Of a stretch of 36,225 bases of DNA, positions 12,194-24,158 are shown piece by piece. A program made the translations under genes and the position numbers. Under the pieces are notes generated by a model. The model worked only from the letters and a program-made list of their open reading frames with translations. It was not told where the DNA came from and ran no database searches. The first letter of the stretch is position 1; the number at the start of each line of letters is the position of its first letter. This DNA comes from Bigelowiella natans CCMP2755 (Eukaryota; Protista; Cercozoa): positions 1 through 36,225 of the forward strand of contig ADNK01002180.1 of the NCBI GenBank assembly GCA_000320545.1, in the 5' to 3' direction.

Positions 12194-14680
12194 TTATGCA
12201 TAGGAGTGATGATGGCCCTCACCACTCAGATCTACAACACGATCATTATTTCTACCACCACCAGACACCATAGCCTGAGCAGCTACTTCATCATAATCCC
12301 CGTTACTACCCAGCTTGCTACTCTCCGGTGCGCGTTCCTCCTCCTTCCCCTTTCGCTCCGAGGCAGTCGTAGTAATATCTCCAGGCCCTTCATCGCTGCC
12401 GTCTTTACTGCAGCTCCTCAGAGAAGATGAAGAAGATTTAAGATGCGGTGAGGGCGATACTGCTATGGAACGAGTCGCCGTAGGAGGACTAGCAGCAGTG
12501 CTTTTAATCGAAATCCCACGCTTCTCCTCGAGCTTTTGCTGCTGCTGCTGCTGCTCCTTTTGGAGGGTTTGAGGGGGGGGCAAGAGGTAGTACACCAGCG
12601 AGAAGACACGTGTAATAAACGGATGGCAAAACGCCTCCTGAGGCCCCATTCGCGCCTCCGGGTCATAGCACAAGAGCCTCTGGATAAAATCCACCAGGTT
12701 CCCTGCGTCCGGGTGCTGCGACAAGCCTCCGCCGCCCAGCATCACCTTGGCGAGCTTCCCCCGCCTCTGCTCGCCGGTCTTGGGAATGAGGCTCGCGATC
12801 TCCGGGTGCTGGCTCACCGCGCGGCCGAAGTGGTAGTCGAGGGGCTCGTAGAAGCGGCCTGCTTTGAACAGGCCCTTGGGCGGGATGCCGAGCAGGTTGA
12901 TCATCGCGAAGAGGAGCTCGTGCGGCTTTCCCTGCGGGGTTTTGAAGAGCGGCTTCCCGGAGAGCAGCTCGGCCAGGATGCAGCCCAGCGACCACAGGTC
13001 GATGGCGGGACCGAACGGCACGCCAAACAGCACTTCCGGGGCTCTATATGTCGGCGTCTGCACGTCGAACGTGTCGTAGTATTGCGCCACGTGATCCAAG
13101 GCCATCGCGTTCCCGACGTCCACGAGCTTCACGCCGCCGATGCCGCACTCGCCGCGGTCGCCGTCGCCTCCGTAGCCTCTCCCCCTTCCGCCCCCTTGGC
13201 CTGGTTTTGGGTGGGGAGGAATCATTCATGCCGGTCAGTTAGTTATGGTCATAGTCATCTTCTCCTCCCCCGTCACGCTCTCTCCTGTGCTATGAGGCTT
13301 GCCAGAAATACGAGGGCCAAAAGAGCGTGGATCATAGTTGCGTGTGTGCATGTGTGCGCGCGCGCGTGCGTGTGTGTGCTGTATGCGGTTCTCTTCTTCG
13401 CTGTAAAAAATCGAGGCATGATTGCAGTTCCATCCTCCATTGCTTCCCCTTCCCCCTTGCTGCTGCTGCTGCTGCTGCTCACCCCTTCGTCTCCGGTCTC
13501 CCTCCTCTTCCGCCTTCGACCCTGTCCTGACCTCCGTACGGCAAATATTCTCAGGTTTCAGATCCGCGTGGATCATCTTAGCATGGTTGTGCAGAAAGGC
13601 CAGTCCTGCTAGAGCATCCATTGCCACCCGTCGTATCGTGCTGATGCTCCCCGCGCCGCGATTTTCTCTCGCGTCTCTCCCCTCTCTCTCTTCCTGCTTC
13701 GCCCTTAGTCTGCCAATGCCACTGCTACGGCTATCATCGCATCGCTGCCGCCTGAGGCTGGTGATGCTGGGCCCCAGAAGCTCCATGATTATGCAAACGT
13801 GCGCGTGGAATCGGAAGGCTGTGTGCCATCGTACAACCTTGCTCAGCCCGTCGGGGTCCAGCTTGGAGAGTCTGCGGAGAACGTTCGACTCCTGCACCCC
13901 GATTCGAGAGAACCGAGCATTCATGACCTTTAAGGCGAACTCCTTTCTTTCGTGGCTATGGCGCTGCTCCCTCTTCCGGGGATACTTTCGGATCGCGATT
14001 TCTTCGTCTCCTCGGCCTGTCTGATCCAGGCTTCGTTTACGCGGCATTCTTCCTCGCTCCGCTGAGAGGTTGTTATTCTTTGCAACTGTGTAAGGGTCTT
14101 GAGTGCCCGTTCTTCTCTTGCTAGTCATATCGACTACTTCTTGCTCCTCCTTCTCCTCCCCCTCCTCCGATTTCACAGATGTCGTCATCTCGGTATCTCT
14201 TTCCCCAACAAATTCTGATAGTCCTTCCCCATTTCCTCCTTCCCCTTCTCCTTCTTCTTCGTCGCTTGCTTCTCCCACCTCCCCGTCTGCTTTGCTTCGC
14301 TCGACTTCGGTCGAAGACGAGGGAAGAATGGAGGATGAGGACGAGCCGAGTTTATATCGCTTCTTCATGCCCTTCCACAGTTTCGATCGCGGGTTAAATG
14401 GCGCTCGCCCCGGATGATTATCTTCGGAACATTCGCGACGCTGATCATGGACTTCCCCTTGAGGGTGATCCCCCCCCTTCTCTGCTGTTGACTTCTGGTC
14501 TAAGTTCGGACCCAGATCTGTAACTAGGAGGACCTGCGCGAATCTGGATTGTGCGATCAGCCTCTCGATTCGATATCTCCCATTTAGCAAAGGGAATTCC
14601 GAATCTAGAGCAAGGAATCCGTCCTGGCGAGTGTAGGATGACGAAGACGAGGACGAGGACGAGGACGAGGATGGGGACAT
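12194..14680 (-). CDS. CMGC Ser/Thr kinase, DYRK/PRP4-like, atypical; exons 14680-13483 and 13200-12194 (additional introns possible)
   Basis: LNGRYRIERLI, FALKV, HVCIIMELLGPS, IHADLKPENI, VKLVDVGNA, VQTPTYRAPEV, DLWSLGCILAELLSGKPLF, LLCYDPEARM..EAFCHPF. An intron gtgagc...actaac...ccag (13482-13201) removes the in-frame stops between the two ORFs. Confidence 0.9.
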
Positions 14681-15028
14681 TGTTTGGGGTCAGCACGAAT
14701 CGTGCTGTGAATAGAATGTCCAAAATAAGATATTATCGTGTTCAAACAGTTTCGGGAATATTGTAGAATTCATCTGATTTATGAATTACTTTGATGCTAA
14801 TGATATGTCGCAAAGATAAAATAGGCGGGTTATTGCTTTACTTGGGATCCATTTAACCTCCGATTAATACAATGTGACAGGTAATTCCATTTGTCTCAAG
14901 GAATAAAGGCACTATATTTCTTAACATTTTCTTGGTTTAAGATAAATGTTCGATGTTTTTATTTCCACGCACGACAACACCTCACAACAGACACAACTGA
15001 TCGCATCGCAAGGCGACGATCGAGCGTG

Positions 15029-16715
15029 ATGGCAACGCGGGCCTTCTGCGTGACGTGCGGGGGGGTGGCCGCCATCTCTCTGCTCCTATGGAGGCTAAGC
15101 AACAAGGTTGTGGTTGCGAAGGGGCGTGGGCGACGGCAGAACCTCGCACATTACTTACGATTTTGTGCTTGAATAGGCGTTAAGATCGCAGAATCGGCAG
15201 CGGAAAATCGTGGTCCGGGCTGGGTTTGACGTGGGATCAGGGGCCACGAAAATGGAGGTGGCCAGTTTTGATGCCCTGACCCAGGAACCTCAGAAAGTGC
15301 TATTCTCCGAGCAAGAAGAGGTGTAGTAGGCGAGCATGCAAGGAGGGGGAGAGAGTGTGTTTGGGAATTGTCGCATCCTGGCTCTAACGACGGAAAAATC
15401 ACTGCAGGCCCTTTTCAGCCACGATCTAGCAAGCAACGGAGGCGAGAAGCTCAGCCCTGCAATGCAAGAGTAACATGTCACTGCAGTACGAGAGCGCATT
15501 GGTTGACTTGGGCGATGTGGTTTTCACTGTATGCAGAGAAGGCATGAGGATCCTCTCCAAGTTTCGGAAAATTGCCTCGGGCCATGGATGCTCTGCTGAT
15601 GACATGCGTGGTATTGCGACCGCTGTATTTCGAAAGGCGAAAAACGGTGGCGAGTTTCTGCAGAGAATCCGAGACGAGCTTGGGATCATGCTAAGATGCA
15701 TAGATCAGAAATTGGAAGGCAAGATCGGGTAATTAAATAGAGACGGGAGGAGTCATTCCCGCGCGGTATTAAGAGGGAGACTGAATGCAAATGGGCAATA
15801 TGTCTCAACGAATACGAATCATCTCCACCTACAGTTTTGAGATTCCACCCAACATCAGATACATGACAGGACGGGCGTATGCGAAAGCAGGGTCTAACGT
15901 AATTGTATGGGTAACAGCCGCTTCATTAGTCGTTGTATTCACGTTTTATTATTTTCGAACCAAACCGTCTGTGGCATCCTATACGTCAGGATTCTGGAGG
16001 AGGCAGCTTTCAAATTACAGGCGAATTGAAATCTGGTTATGTCGCTTACTACATATACGCATAGAATACAGAAGAAACTCCTTCAATCTGCAGCATTAAC
16101 TCGCTAGTTCCAACACACGTTATTCCTACCGCGCCGCTGCTGCCACTACTACCACCACCACCGCCACCACCACTACTACTACTCCTAAGACTACTACTTC
16201 TTTACTGACTAATTGCTACATATTGCTACTTCACTGATTAGGCGACGTGGAGATGTTCGGCGGAGCGCTGGGATCCTCCGTCGTGACGGAAATGGCCGTC
16301 AAGCTGCAGGGCAAATCGTTTACCAAGGTCAAATCGCCCAACCCCATGTCCCTACCCGACATCGAGAGCCTTCAGAAGGCTATACTCAGCGTGGTCTCGA
16401 GCATTCCTCGCCCCGCATGGCTTGCAGAAGCCATCGGGAGCGGGGCCGAGGTGATCGCCATTGGGGGGGCAACCTGTGCATTCCGCATGTGCGAGATGGC
16501 GACAGGTGGGCAAAAGCCCTTCACGCTTCCTCGCCTGGAGGCTGCAATAAAAGAGCTCAAGATGAGATCTGATGCCGAGCTCGAGCAGCTTGGATATCCG
16601 CAGGAAACGATGGTGAGTGCGAGCATGAATGCTGTTTTTCAGTTGTGAGGTCGTCGGCGGTGTTGATCGCGAGCGGTGGAGCGGCAGTAGAATCGACACA
16701 AGATTTCATACAAAA

Positions 16716-16774
<59 letters not shown>

Positions 16775-16976
16775 TTGTTGCCTGGTTTGAGCATCCTGTT
16801 TGGTCCTCGTCGTCGCTGTCGTCTTTGCGATTTACATACCGCAGCTTTTGCCGAAGTTAGTCCTCATTGCCTCAGTAATGAAGGCGCTAGGCTTTAAGTC
16901 GGTCCGCTACGAATACACAAATGGGTCTACGCGGGGAACCCTCGCGACAAAGGAGCTTTGGAAGGGGGAGTGGTGA
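15029..16976 (+). CDS. Ppx/GppA-family phosphatase (ASKHA fold, short form) with an N-terminal hydrophobic anchor; exons 15029-15106, 15177-15320, 15408-15469, 15537-15728, 15859-15910, 15990-16035, 16242-16612, 16845-16976
   Basis: RAGFDVGSGATK (phosphate-1), GIATAVFRKAKNGGEFLQRIRDELGI...IDQKLEGKIGY, VIVWDSGGGSFQI (phosphate-2), VIAIGG. All seven introns are GT-AG and phase-compatible. Confidence 0.85.
16719..16772. repeat. (AT)n microsatellite, intronic
   Basis: Visible directly. Confidence 0.95.
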
Positions 16977-17798
16977 ATGCAATTAATGCATACACGAGAC
17001 ACTGGCATGCCCGCCCATTCTGGTGCGTAATGCTGTTGATGAGGGGCTTCCATTTGCTAGGACTAGTACAGCACACGCACGTCTAGAGGCAGAAACTGCA
17101 GACCGCGCTCGTATAGGTTGCCGGATATTATTTTGTTGTCAACCTCATCATGCTATGTCATAGTCATAGCATTGTTACGTGTCGTGCTGTTACTAGATTA
17201 CTCGGTCTATCATGCAGCCGTGCTTCTAGTCGAAGTCGAATCGACTGCTCCTTGTGACTGCATTTGCTGTGACTGCGTCAATGCGGTACGATGCGGTGTT
17301 AGGCGTTGATCCAGCGCTGTGCATGATGAGATGAATATCAGCTCGATCATGGCTAGATTTTGTCGTCTAGTTGGAGCAAGGCGCGCGCGTGTGTGTGTGC
17401 GTACGCATGGCATCGCACGACTGCATCCTCGTAATCAATTTTTTGACTTGTTAATCACATGAAGAAAACTTTAACTGCACGTTGTGAGACGCTTATACGC
17501 TTGCGCAATGCGGTTGCGCCACAGCTCGATGCGTGCATGTGCTAGAGGTGCCATGTGTGCATGGAAGCGCCGAATGACGCACAATAAATGATGCCAATGC
17601 ACACATTGAAAGTGCAGAGCGTGCGCGTAGCACAGCACTTAGCTATACATATGACAACTCACACGTGTTGAAATTGTCAATTTCCAAGGCTAAATTTTTT
17701 GCAGTTGCTAAATGACAAATATTTACATGTACACTATTTGTTTACACATATTAATAAATAAATATCTCTCTCCCCCCTCCCCCCTCCCCTCCTCTTCT

Positions 17799-17862
<64 letters not shown>

Positions 17863-17924
17863 TTATATACATTGCACAGATAGCACAGCACATCTTGCAC
17901 ATTTCTCTGAGATTCCAGGGCCTG

Positions 17925-19947
17925 TCATCTCCACGCAGAATTATTGATACCGCCGCCCTTTCTTTTCGTTCGTGACCACCCCACCCGTTGACCGCTGCTC
18001 CGCATAGAGTTGTGAAACGACCTAACAAGTTCCGCCACGGGCTGCTCTACGAAGTCGTCGCTACTACTTGTCTTGGAGAAGAGACGTGTCTGTGGTTGGT
18101 GGTTGTGGTGGCGCTGCTGCACGTGCTGCGAGGTCAGCAGCTTTCGCGGCCTCAAAGACAGTTTTGGACTGGTAATCGAGCGTTCGGCGTGCCAGTATAC
18201 CCTCGTCCGGGGAGAAAGCGCCAGCGAGCCGTTATCCCGTTTTGTCATTTTCACGGTGCTCGCAGTCCTTGGCGTGGGTGGAAGCACGTGCGCGGCGTCC
18301 CAGTCGCTGGACGGGGAGCGCACGACAAGGGCGTCCTCCTCGTTGGCGCCGGCGCCGCTGTCGCTCTGGCTGAGGCGGTATATCTCCTCCTGGGAGACCT
18401 TCCAGAAGCCGACCGTTCCATCCGCCGCCCCGCTCGCAATGATGCCGTTGCCCAGCGAGACGAGGGAGAGGACGGAAGCGTGGTGGTCGCGTATCTTCAT
18501 CACGCACTCACCTGTGCCTACTGACCAGACCCTCACGGTGTGATCTCGCGAGCACGACGCGATGATATCGTCAGTGATGCGGCAGATCTTCCAAACGCTG
18601 TCTGTATGGCCGACAAGGGTCCGAACACACCGCCCTGAGGTGACGGACCACAACCGTATCTCGCTGTCCTTCCCCGCGCTTGCAATCAGGTCTTTGCCGA
18701 CACGAATGACGCAGAAGATATTGTCCGTGTGCCCCGCGAGCTTGCGCAAGCACTCCCCGTTCGCCGTGTCGATGATCCGCACCTTTTGGTCCCAAGACCC
18801 GGATATGAGAAGGCCGCGCCCAAGGTTCGCAATGGAAGAGACGAAGTTCCCGTGCAGCTTGCAGGTTGACACCATTTCTCCGTTGGACGGCGACCACAAA
18901 ATGACGCTCCTGTCTCGCGAACAGGATGCTAGCAGATCGTTCCCGCACACCGCCAAGTCGACGACGGGCGCGCGGTGGCCGCGAAGTGTGTGCTTGCACA
19001 ACCCGGTGTTCAGGTTGTAAATGCGAATTGAGTTGTCGCAGGATCCAGTCGCAACGGTGACATTGTTTACTGCCACCATACACCAGACCCAGCTGGTGTG
19101 GCCTTCTAGAACCTTTTCGCACTCGCCCGTGCTTAAATTCCATATGCGCGTGGTCTTGTCCCAGCTGCACGAGGCGATAAAATCGCCGACACGACATAGC
19201 CCCGAGACTGTGTGACGTATAGGTGTGAAGTATCGGTCATATTTTGTGGACACTTGCATTGTAGCTCTGTGTGCGTGTGCGTGTGTGCGTGTGTGCGGTG
19301 CGGAGGTACTTGGCTGATGACTCTTTTATTGTGGTATTACCATGGCCTTCGTGGCCTTGAAGCTGCAAAACGAGCTCCCGTGTCTGAGCATTCCATACCC
19401 TGACCGTGTTATCCCATGCGCCAGTAGCCAAGAGATGATCATTGACCATGCACATGCAGTGGACGTCGCCTTTGTGGCCCTTTATAATCAAGCCGTGTTG
19501 GCACTTGCGCCCCCTGCTCGTAGAAATCATACCGTTTTCGTGCGTCCCCTTAACATCCCCTTCTTCTGCATCTCCGCCTTTTTCATCCTTGCTTTCCTGT
19601 GCTGCGGTCTTTGAGACAACATCAGCTACCGGCAATGGGGGTTGGTCGTGAGGAGAGGAGGTTAGCTTGGCATCATTGATCCTTCCCTTTTCAGGCAGGA
19701 CTAGCATCTGGGCCACAGAATTTAGTTTTGCCTCTAACTCCCGAATTCGCCTCTGCATTGCTTGGTTCTCAGCGGTCTTCTTCCCTAGCTCCAACCGCAA
19801 GGCCTTATTCTCTGTGCAAACTCTCTCGAGACATTGTTGCAACCCAGAAAGGTGCTGGAAGGCGTCGAGAGAGGCCCGGCTCGATCTTGTGACCTCAGCC
19901 GCCAGGGACGTCGAACCGGACACGGGACGGGGCGGGGTCGTAGCCAT
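17925..19947 (-). CDS. Coiled-coil + 8 WD40-repeat protein; exons 19947-19341 and 19207-17925
   Basis: Eight GH...W-type repeats. Intron 19340-19208 (gtaata...acacag) restores repeat 2, GHEGH|VSGLCRVGDFIASCSWDKTTRIW. The N-terminal coiled coil reads LERVCTENKALRLEL...IRELEAKL. Confidence 0.92.
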
Positions 19948-20696
19948 GGAATTGAAACGGGATGAGAGTTACAAAATGTAGATTTATTTTAGATAAATTC
20001 GGCTATGTTCGTGTTCCAATTTTGAATGAGTCTGACAATTGTTCTTCGACAGCATCCCGATCTTTTCAGGAAGGTGATCACACCGGAACTATGCCGATAT
20101 TTTGGTTCCAACCTGATCCAACCTGTTCCAACCAACAAGCGCATCCGAAGAAATCGGCTGAGCGTATGATGTCTGCGGCAACTTAAATATTCTGTCGTTG
20201 TTGGCAAAACCTGTCCCATTCGATGCAGGGGAACGATAAATTGATTTTGGAAGATTCGCCCAGTTAAAAAGCGCATGAGACCAGGCCATACTGATATTCG
20301 TCTCCGTATTTTGGATATATTGGTTTGAGACTTCAATATTTGTTGTCGTATTATATATTTTAAATATATTTTATTCAAAACTATTCATTTCATCCTCCTT
20401 TGGCCATCTTACGCACCTTGCCCTCCACCTCGGCTTGTAGCGGTTTCAAAGTAATAATTCGCATTAGAGTCTATAAAATAAGTGATAAATTTTAATTGAG
20501 ACAAGAATATTGGGATGTCGTTTTTCATATTATAAGGGCCATCTTCGGAATCGACTTATTTGTTACGCGGAAAAAACTCTTAAAAAACTCTCTGTGGCGG
20601 CGCTCCAGAGCCCAAGCTTCATCTCCCTTTTAAGAACTCTAAGCAGGAAGCGAGAAGGAGTCCTTTTCATATAGGGGCACTAGATCAAAATACACC

Positions 20697-21773
20697 ATGG
20701 TAATATAAACATCGCAATTTTCGTGGGGTGGTGTCAGAAGCATGTATCCATCAACTAACAAGCGTGCTGCGTTTATGAGCCACGGAGTTCGGTCAAATGT
20801 TAAAAAAACTGCGCGTAACGTGGAATGTGTGAAGTATACATAATGCAATTAAAAGAGGAGGGTTGCTGTCTTTCCGAATATATTTCCGTCGCATGATGGA
20901 CCTGGGTTTTGGGTGGAATATTCTAGTGGACAATGATACTCACCACTTTCAACCATCCTTAGAGTTCCAAGGGCGGTAAGATGCTCCAGTATGTTAACTG
21001 GAAGATGAAGGTATCTATCCAAGACACAAGGACTCTTGTGGGAACCTTCATGGCTTTCGATAAACACATGAATATCGTGCTGGGAGACTGCGAGGAATAT
21101 CGCGTTGTGAAGAGCAAGAAATGTAATACTCCGAGAATAATATTGACTAAATTTATTGCCCCTTTTTGGACTGCTTTGTTTCATCTCACCTGCATATAAA
21201 AACAATTGTTTAAAGAGTATACGGTGTGTGAGGGGGGGGAGAGGGATCTGTCGTTTCACCTACACATGGAACCGCAAATGATGACGCCGAGAGCGAGAGT
21301 CGAAATACCAAGATTCACTTTCTCTGTTTTGGTCTCCCAGCTTCCGAGATGAAAGAGGAGAAGCGCAGCTTAGGCCTGGTCCTCCTTCGTGGTGAAAATG
21401 TGATCTCCATGTCTGCCGAAGCTCCCCCTGCACCCAAGCCAAAGTCAGCTTCTGCAGGACCTGGAGGCCCAGGTATGGGGCGTGCTGCAGGACGTGGTAT
21501 CCCCTCATCTGCAATGGCGGGCGGTCCAAGCGGCCTGAGCGGCCCTGTCAGAGGTGTTGGAGGTCCTGGCGCCGCAGCTATGATGCCCCAGTCCAGTGGT
21601 CGCGGAATGCTCTCCGCGCCTCCAATGAGCTTCCCAGGAAGAGGGCGAGCCGCACCAATGATGCCACCACCACCTGGGGGACCTGGCGGACCACCGATGA
21701 TGGGAAGGTCATTCAAAATGCTTGTGAGGCAGCAGTGTGCTTGTATAATGTGTTTTATATATAAATATATATA

Positions 21774-21807
<34 letters not shown>

Positions 21808-22156
21808 CACATGTTCTGCTACCCCCAAAAGGGAAGTGAGAAATAGAGAGGGTTAGCCCCCCCACCCTCTTTCTTCTCCTTTTGTGACATACATGTGCGC
21901 ACTCGCATCCTATCGGAATTCATCGACTGATATTTTCTCTCGATCTCCCACAAATCTCAGGGGATTCATGGGTAGAGGCATGCCGCCGCCAATGATGGGG
22001 CGAGGAATGCCGCCAATGATGGGTAGGGGCATGCCGCCATTTGGACGCGGGCCACCAATGATGGGCCGGGGCATGCCACCAGGAAGAGGTATGCCAGGGA
22101 GAGGCATGCCACCGGGGAGAGGCGGGCCTCCAGGCAGGGGCGGACCTCCTATGTAA
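20697..22156 (+). CDS. SNRPB: Small nuclear ribonucleoprotein SmB/B'; exons 20697-20699 (ATG only), 20963-21122, 21341-21707, 21961-22156
   Basis: Sm1 [42 protein letters not shown], Sm2 [20 protein letters not shown], the GRAAGRG and [12 protein letters not shown] segments and a C-terminal GRGMPP repeat tail. Exon phases are consistent. Confidence 0.97.
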
Positions 22157-22378
22157 GAAGCATATATAACATGGGGAAGGCTGTAGAAGTAGGAAAGTAG
22201 AGGAGATAGTGTGTTGCTCTGAAAACTCTATGTAGTGATAGTAAGACGGTGGGGTTCCAAGATGGAATTCGCATTTATTGTCCCAATGGTTGTCGCAGAG
22301 ACAGTTAGCCACAGCATATAAAATATAAGTCACAGCACATACAATATTGTATTTTAATCAAACGGTAAAAATATGTGC

Positions 22379-22379
<1 letters not shown>

Positions 22380-22447
<68 letters not shown>

Positions 22448-22449
22448 TG
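22380..22449. repeat. (AT)n(GT)n compound microsatellite downstream of SmB
   Basis: Visible directly. Confidence 0.95.
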
Positions 22450-22594
22450 TTGGTGGGCGTCATGCATGGTGCACGCGTTGTGTAAGCATGCTAGCATGGT
22501 GGCAATTGATGAAGCAAACCATAGGCACAGGCAACTCACGCTTTGCGACGTATTTGTAGCATCATCTATCTAGTCATCACTAGACCACCTTGTC

Positions 22595-23354
22595 CACATC
22601 CAGGCCAAACCGGTCACAACTTCGCGCGAAAATTGAAAAAAAAAATTGACGCATTTTTTTCGCGCAAACTCGATTCAGATGTCAAGCAGGCTAGCAGGGG
22701 TCCTTTGGAAACTTTTGCATGGCACAGTTGATTTTTTTTTCATTCGCATTTCCCCCCCCCCCCCAAGCGAGGTGCGACTTCTGCTCGATCCCCTTGCCCC
22801 GCGCTGCTTGTGCGCGCCTTTTGAATCAAATTTTTGCGCGCGCGTTTGCACACGACCAAAATCTCTTTGATCGAAAACCAGCTGCGCAGTCTAGCAGTGT
22901 CTCCAATGCGTCAAAACCCCTCTGCACTCGATCATGACACGTCATGTGGTTCCTGTGGCTGTGCATGCATGTGGCAGTGATGCCCCAATTTCAAAATTTC
23001 AACGCATCACATCTCGATCAATTTTGACGCTTGAGCATCGCGCTTCCGGCTGTCCATGGGGCTACTTCCATTGCAAACGGACATGTCCTCACTTGCTCGC
23101 ATTGCACACGCGCGTCGGCTGCACGTGTGACCAAAAACGTGAGAATTTTCTCCGCAATCTAGCAATGCCCGTTGTGAGGGTTCACAAAATCGAGGTTTTT
23201 GAGCTGAGATTTTGAATTTTTCATTTTTTCGACATTCTGCCGACTCAGAGAGTGTTTTGTGACGGTTGCGGACGGATTTCACGCAAAAAATGCCCTTGAA
23301 GCGCTCTGCAAACATGTGGGAAACCCATTTGTGACCGGGTTTGGCCTCGATGTG
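22595..23354. mobile_element. Non-autonomous TIR DNA transposon (MITE-like), CAC...GTG termini, possible 2-bp TC target-site duplication (CMC/EnSpm-like)
   Basis: Left end CACATCCAGGCCAAACCGGTCACAA (22595-22619); reverse complement of the right end CACATCGAGGCCAAACCCGGTCACAA (23329-23354). The two differ by one substitution and one indel. TC flanks both sides. No credible internal coding sequence. Confidence 0.75.
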
Positions 23355-23985
23355 TCACGTGCTAGCATGTCTAGGTGTGCCCAATTGTCACACAATGCAG
23401 CACCTTGATCGACATGCGATGATCTAGCAATTCCATTGGAGAGCAAATGAGATGGACTAGTAGAGGCTGCCACACATGCATGAGAGATTCGAAAAAGCTA
23501 GAGAGCACGTGTCATCGCACGCCCACGCACAGATCCACAGCAGTCTCTGTTCACACGTTGCACACTGCTAGACATGCCAAGCATGATGCCTAGAACCTAG
23601 AGAACAGCGTCACAAGCTGCTAGAATGCGCCAACGTCAAATGCGGCAGCATCGCGCTCATGCATGCTGCATGCGCGTGTCCACAATGACACGCGCATGCG
23701 CATGCATGATGTCACTGTGTCCATTGTTGTCTGACGTGCAAGCTTGCAAGGCTGGCCATCTAGCTGTGCTAGCTGGCCATGCCATGCGCCACTTCTTGCT
23801 GTTGCTAGCGCCTGCTGGCTAGCTAGCGAGCCTGCTGGAGGCAATTTTTGGCCAGCGTTGCGTTTGAGCTTTCATGCATGCACATCTAGACATGCCTGCT
23901 CTAGATGCTGTCTAGGGTTGCATGACAAGAAGACGCGTGCAGAGCCATGAACTAGATGAAGCCAGTTGCATGAAGAAAATGAATT
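22595..23985. other. TpA-depleted, CTAG-enriched intergenic tract
   Basis: Manual count: 23 TA dinucleotides in 1391 bp, of which 21 are CTAG, 1 CTAC, 1 GTAG and none [AGT]TA[ACT]. Confidence 0.9.
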
Positions 23986-24158
23986 GCTAATTAATTGGAA
24001 TCAAAAGGTTTTCCAAGACGTATCAACTCAATGTGTATGTGTCATGTGTGTGAGTTGCAACTGGGCGATTTTCCGAAAGGGAATCTTCATTCATCTGGAG
24101 GTCTGCTTGTTGAACGTGAAGACCTCCAACTTACTGACTAGGTTCTGTCTGGTGTGCA

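Noticed and set aside
12536-13612. 358-aa + strand ORF and other long antisense ORFs over the kinase, WD40 and SNF2 genes
   Set aside because: Shadow ORFs of GC-rich coding sequence on the opposite strand, with no domain motifs.
19989-20378. 129-aa minus-strand ORF in the WD40/SmB spacer, with short CCAACCTG direct repeats
   Set aside because: TTG start, no motifs, promoter-like AT-rich context and no terminal repeats found.
20700-21340. C/D snoRNA in the SmB introns (ATGATGG near 20893, ATGATGA near 21278)
   Set aside because: No downstream CTGA D box or terminal stem within either intron.
22595-23985. RIP or CpG-methylation decay as the cause of the skew
   Set aside because: RIP creates TpA and methylation decay removes CpG; here TpA is lost while CpG, CpA and TpG are all abundant.
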